This document shows, piece after piece, positions 61,236 to 64,000 of a DNA stretch of 64,000 bases; positions within the stretch are counted from its first letter, which is position 1; each line of letters starts with the position of its first letter. Under the pieces are notes generated by a model. The model worked only from the letters and a program-made list of their open reading frames with translations, was not told the DNA's origin and searched no databases. The stretch lies in NCBI GenBank assembly GCA_030603385.1, contig JAUVXW010000003.1, forward strand, positions 1-64,000, given 5' to 3'. Both the position numbers and the translations under genes were made by a program. Origin of the DNA: Promethearchaeota archaeon (lineage in GTDB: Archaea > Asgardarchaeota > Lokiarchaeia > Sigyniarchaeales > SOKP01).

Positions 61236-62912
61236 ATGTTTACAAATGAAGAACTTCAGAAAATTAAAAGCAAAAGGTCTGAATGGGAAGAACAAAATCT
61301 ATCAAATTTTGTTCAAAAAGGAGAGCGAGAGCAAAAATTTGAAACCCCTTCAGGAATTCCTCTAAAACATGTGTATGGGCCAGAGGATATTGAAAATATT
61401 GATTATTTAGAGGATCTCGGATTCCCTGGGGCACCACCTTTCACTAGGGGGGTATATCCAAATATGTATAGAGGAAAGATTTGGAGTATGAGACAATATA
61501 GTGGTTTTGGTGATGCGCGTAAAACTAATGAACGATTTAAGTATTTAATCTCTCAAGGTCAAAAAGGGCTTTCAATAGCTTTTGATCTTCCTACTCAAAT
61601 GGGGTATAGTTCGGATAATAAGATTTGTTTAGGTGAAGTAGGACGAATTGGCGTCACTGTTAATTCATTGAAGGATTTCGAAAAGGTTTTTAAAGGTATA
61701 GCTTTGGATAAGGTTTCAACCAGTATGACGATAAACGCACCAACATCAATAATATTAGCAATGTATATCGCGATAGGAGAAAAACATGGTGTTAAACAAG
61801 AACAATTAACCGGTACACTTCAAAATGATATTTTGAAAGAATATACTGCAAGGGGAACTTATATCTATCCCCCCAAGCCCTCTTTAAGACTAACCGCAGA
61901 TGTAATTGAATATTGTTCAAAAAATTTGCCAAGATTTAATACAATCAGTATATGTGGTTACCATATGCGTGATGCGGGGAGTAATGCCATTCAGGAATTA
62001 GCATTTACTTTAGCTGATGGTATTTCATATGTTGAAGAGGTTCTCGAAAGGGGCATTGATATTGATGATTTTGCTCCAAGATTATCTTTCTTCTTTACCA
62101 CTCATAATAATTTTTTTGAGGAGATCGCGAAATTAAGAGCGGCAAGACGATTATGGGCGAGGCTCATGAAGGATCGGTTTAATGCTAAAGATCCTAACTC
62201 ATTAAGGTTAAGGTTTCACATCCATACTTCGGGGAGCACATTGACGGCCCAACAACCTCAAATTAATATTATTAGAGCTACTCTTCAATCATTAGCCGCT
62301 ATATTAGGAGGGACTCAATCTCTTCATACTTGTGGAGCTGATGAGGCTTTGGCTATCCCTACTGAAGACTCAGCTAGACTTTCATTAAGAACACAACAAG
62401 TGCTTGCATATGAAACTGGAGTTACGGATGTTGTTGATCCATTGGGTGGATCTTATTATATTGAACATTTGACCAGTAAATTAGAAGAAAAAGCATTGGA
62501 ATATATTGATAAAATAGATAAAATGGGTGGCATGCCTATTGCCATTGAAAATGCTTTTATTCAAAAAGAAATTCTAGATAATGCTTATATGGAACAAAAG
62601 CGGATTGATGATGGAAGTAAAAAAGTCGTTGGAGTAAACATATTTTGCACTGATGACGAATATAAAATAGATACCTTCAAATATGATAAGGACTCTGAAA
62701 GAAGAATCAAAGAAGCATTAAATAATTTAAAGAAAGACCGAAATGTAAACCTCGTTAAAGAAAAATTAAATCAATTAAAAGAAGTTGCTAATTCTTCTGA
62801 AAATATTATGCCGATTATGATTGAGACAGTTAAAACTTACGCTACTGTACAAGAAATTTGTGATGTCCTACGAGATGTATTTGGGGAATATCAGTCTCCT
62901 CAGATATTTTAA
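61236..62912 (+). CDS. Methylmalonyl-CoA mutase, substrate-binding (large) subunit
   Basis: PFTRGVYPNMYRG, MRQYSGF, AFDLPTQMG, QNDILKEYTARGTYIYPP, GYHMRDAG. Confidence 0.92.
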   Translation: MFTNEELQKIKSKRSEWEEQNLSNFVQKGEREQKFETPSGIPLKHVYGPEDIENIDYLEDLGFPGAPPFTRGVYPNMYRGKIWSMRQYSGFGDARKTNERFKYLISQGQKGLSIAFDLPTQMGYSSDNKICLGEVGRIGVTVNSLKDFEKVFKGIALDKVSTSMTINAPTSIILAMYIAIGEKHGVKQEQLTGTLQNDILKEYTARGTYIYPPKPSLRLTADVIEYCSKNLPRFNTISICGYHMRDAGSNAIQELAFTLADGISYVEEVLERGIDIDDFAPRLSFFFTTHNNFFEEIAKLRAARRLWARLMKDRFNAKDPNSLRLRFHIHTSGSTLTAQQPQINIIRATLQSLAAILGGTQSLHTCGADEALAIPTEDSARLSLRTQQVLAYETGVTDVVDPLGGSYYIEHLTSKLEEKALEYIDKIDKMGGMPIAIENAFIQKEILDNAYMEQKRIDDGSKKVVGVNIFCTDDEYKIDTFKYDKDSERRIKEALNNLKKDRNVNLVKEKLNQLKEVANSSENIMPIMIETVKTYATVQEICDVLRDVFGEYQSPQIF

Positions 62913-63035
62913 AACCATAATAGTTTTATTATTTTTTGTCTTTTTCTATTTAATTATTTATGTAATGGTTAGTTAACTTACTTATAATTATTAATCATAA
63001 GAAAATTTAAGCTACATCTATTATTAGAGATATCT

Positions 63036-63602
63036 ATGAAATTAAAAATACGATTTTCAGGTCGCGGAGGTCAGGGGATAAAAACACTTGGAAGTGCATT
63101 AGTTCGGGTTGCAATGGTTGCTGATTATTATGCAACACTCACCGTTGACTATACACCATCTGTTAGGGGGGGTCCTATTTTCTGTGATGTTATTTTAGGT
63201 TCTGATCCTATTTCATATCCATTCTGCGATAAAGATGCTGATATTTTTATTGCAATAGATCAAAAAGGATTCGAACGAGCAGCTGAATGTATATATGAAA
63301 AAACTTTTTCTTTTATCGATGAGCATACAATCGCAAACGCCGAAGAAATCATTCAGGAAGGGAAAATTCACCGTGTTCCAATTACAAGACGAGCTGATGA
63401 AAATAAATTACCAAAGAGCGCGAATATTCTCTGTTTAGGATTCCTTTCTAAATATCTTCAAGAAAATGGAAAAATAGATCTAAAAGAAGAATATTATGAC
63501 CAAGTCTTGAATAATATGCCAAAACGGTTTAGAGATGTGAATATTCATAGTTATCAACTTGGTCAAGCTCTTTATCAAGAATTTATAGATAAATCTCAAT
63601 AA
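63036..63602 (+). CDS. 2-oxoacid:ferredoxin oxidoreductase gamma subunit
   Basis: FSGRGGQGI, YTPSVRGG, ANILCLG. Confidence 0.88.
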   Translation: MKLKIRFSGRGGQGIKTLGSALVRVAMVADYYATLTVDYTPSVRGGPIFCDVILGSDPISYPFCDKDADIFIAIDQKGFERAAECIYEKTFSFIDEHTIANAEEIIQEGKIHRVPITRRADENKLPKSANILCLGFLSKYLQENGKIDLKEEYYDQVLNNMPKRFRDVNIHSYQLGQALYQEFIDKSQ

Positions 63603-63759
63603 GATGTATGTATTAATTCTCAACAGAGCTGTTTATTAAGAATAGTACACTTTTTAATGAGTTGCTTATACTTTTAAAAAGCAAATTTAAAAGAGAACCT
63701 ACTATTTTAAAGCATAAGAGAAAAAAATATAGTCAGAATGTATAATAGAGGTTTAAAAA

Positions 63760-64000
63760 ATGTTAAAATCTAAACGAATACCAATTTTGCCACCTCCTTC
63801 CCCCGAGAAAAAATATGAAATAATAATAGATTCTGAACAATGCGATGGTTGTGAATTATGTTTGTCATTCTGTCCAAAAGAATTAATAGAAATAAGTGAA
63901 GATAAGTTCAATAGTCGCATGCTCCACTATGCGATCGTGGTTAAACCTGAAGAGTGTGCAGGATGCGGACAATGTGAACGGTTATGTCCTACAGTTTCAT
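63760..64000 (+). CDS. 2[4Fe-4S] ferredoxin / oxidoreductase delta subunit (runs off the window)
   Basis: Manual translation: CDGCELCLSFCP...CAGCGQCERLCP; GAGGT upstream. Confidence 0.85.
   Translation, partial: MLKSKRIPILPPPSPEKKYEIIIDSEQCDGCELCLSFCPKELIEISEDKFNSRMLHYAIVVKPEECAGCGQCERLCPTVS

Overview
AT-rich (roughly 30% GC by eye) archaeal chromosomal segment. The gene content points to an Asgard archaeon, most likely Lokiarchaeia: four small GTPases (longin-Arf-like, roadblock-Rab-like and two stand-alone Rab-like), a longin protein, an archaeal histone, Sm/Lsm, multi-PAS histidine kinases and tandem wHTH-TPR proteins. Most of the window is metabolic: AOR with MoaD-like proteins, dihydrolipoamide dehydrogenase, glycerate kinase, ADP-forming acyl-CoA synthetase, acetoacetyl-CoA synthetase, a beta-oxidation/ETF cluster, thiolase and DUF35, methylmalonyl-CoA mutase and 2-oxoacid:ferredoxin oxidoreductase subunits. 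It also holds tRNA-Arg(CCT) and a VapBC pair. The main finding is a histone gene (1126-1368) missed by the ORF track. It is interrupted by a 30-nt in-frame insert with two stop codons, which folds into a canonical bulge-helix-bulge (BHB) motif. Cutting at the standard tRNA-splicing-endonuclease positions removes exactly 1296-1325 and restores a complete 70-aa histone fold, so this is a candidate tRNA-type mRNA intron in an Asgard histone. Secondary findings: (1) a duplicated module of wHTH-TPR regulator, palindromic operator, small peptide ORFs and Rab GTPase lying between a thiolase and its DUF35 partner; (2) a mu-homology-like, beta-propeller and longin gene cluster; (3) an exact 30-nt copy of the csp start placed upstream of csp as a uORF. 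All protein assignments come from motif recognition by eye; no searches were run.
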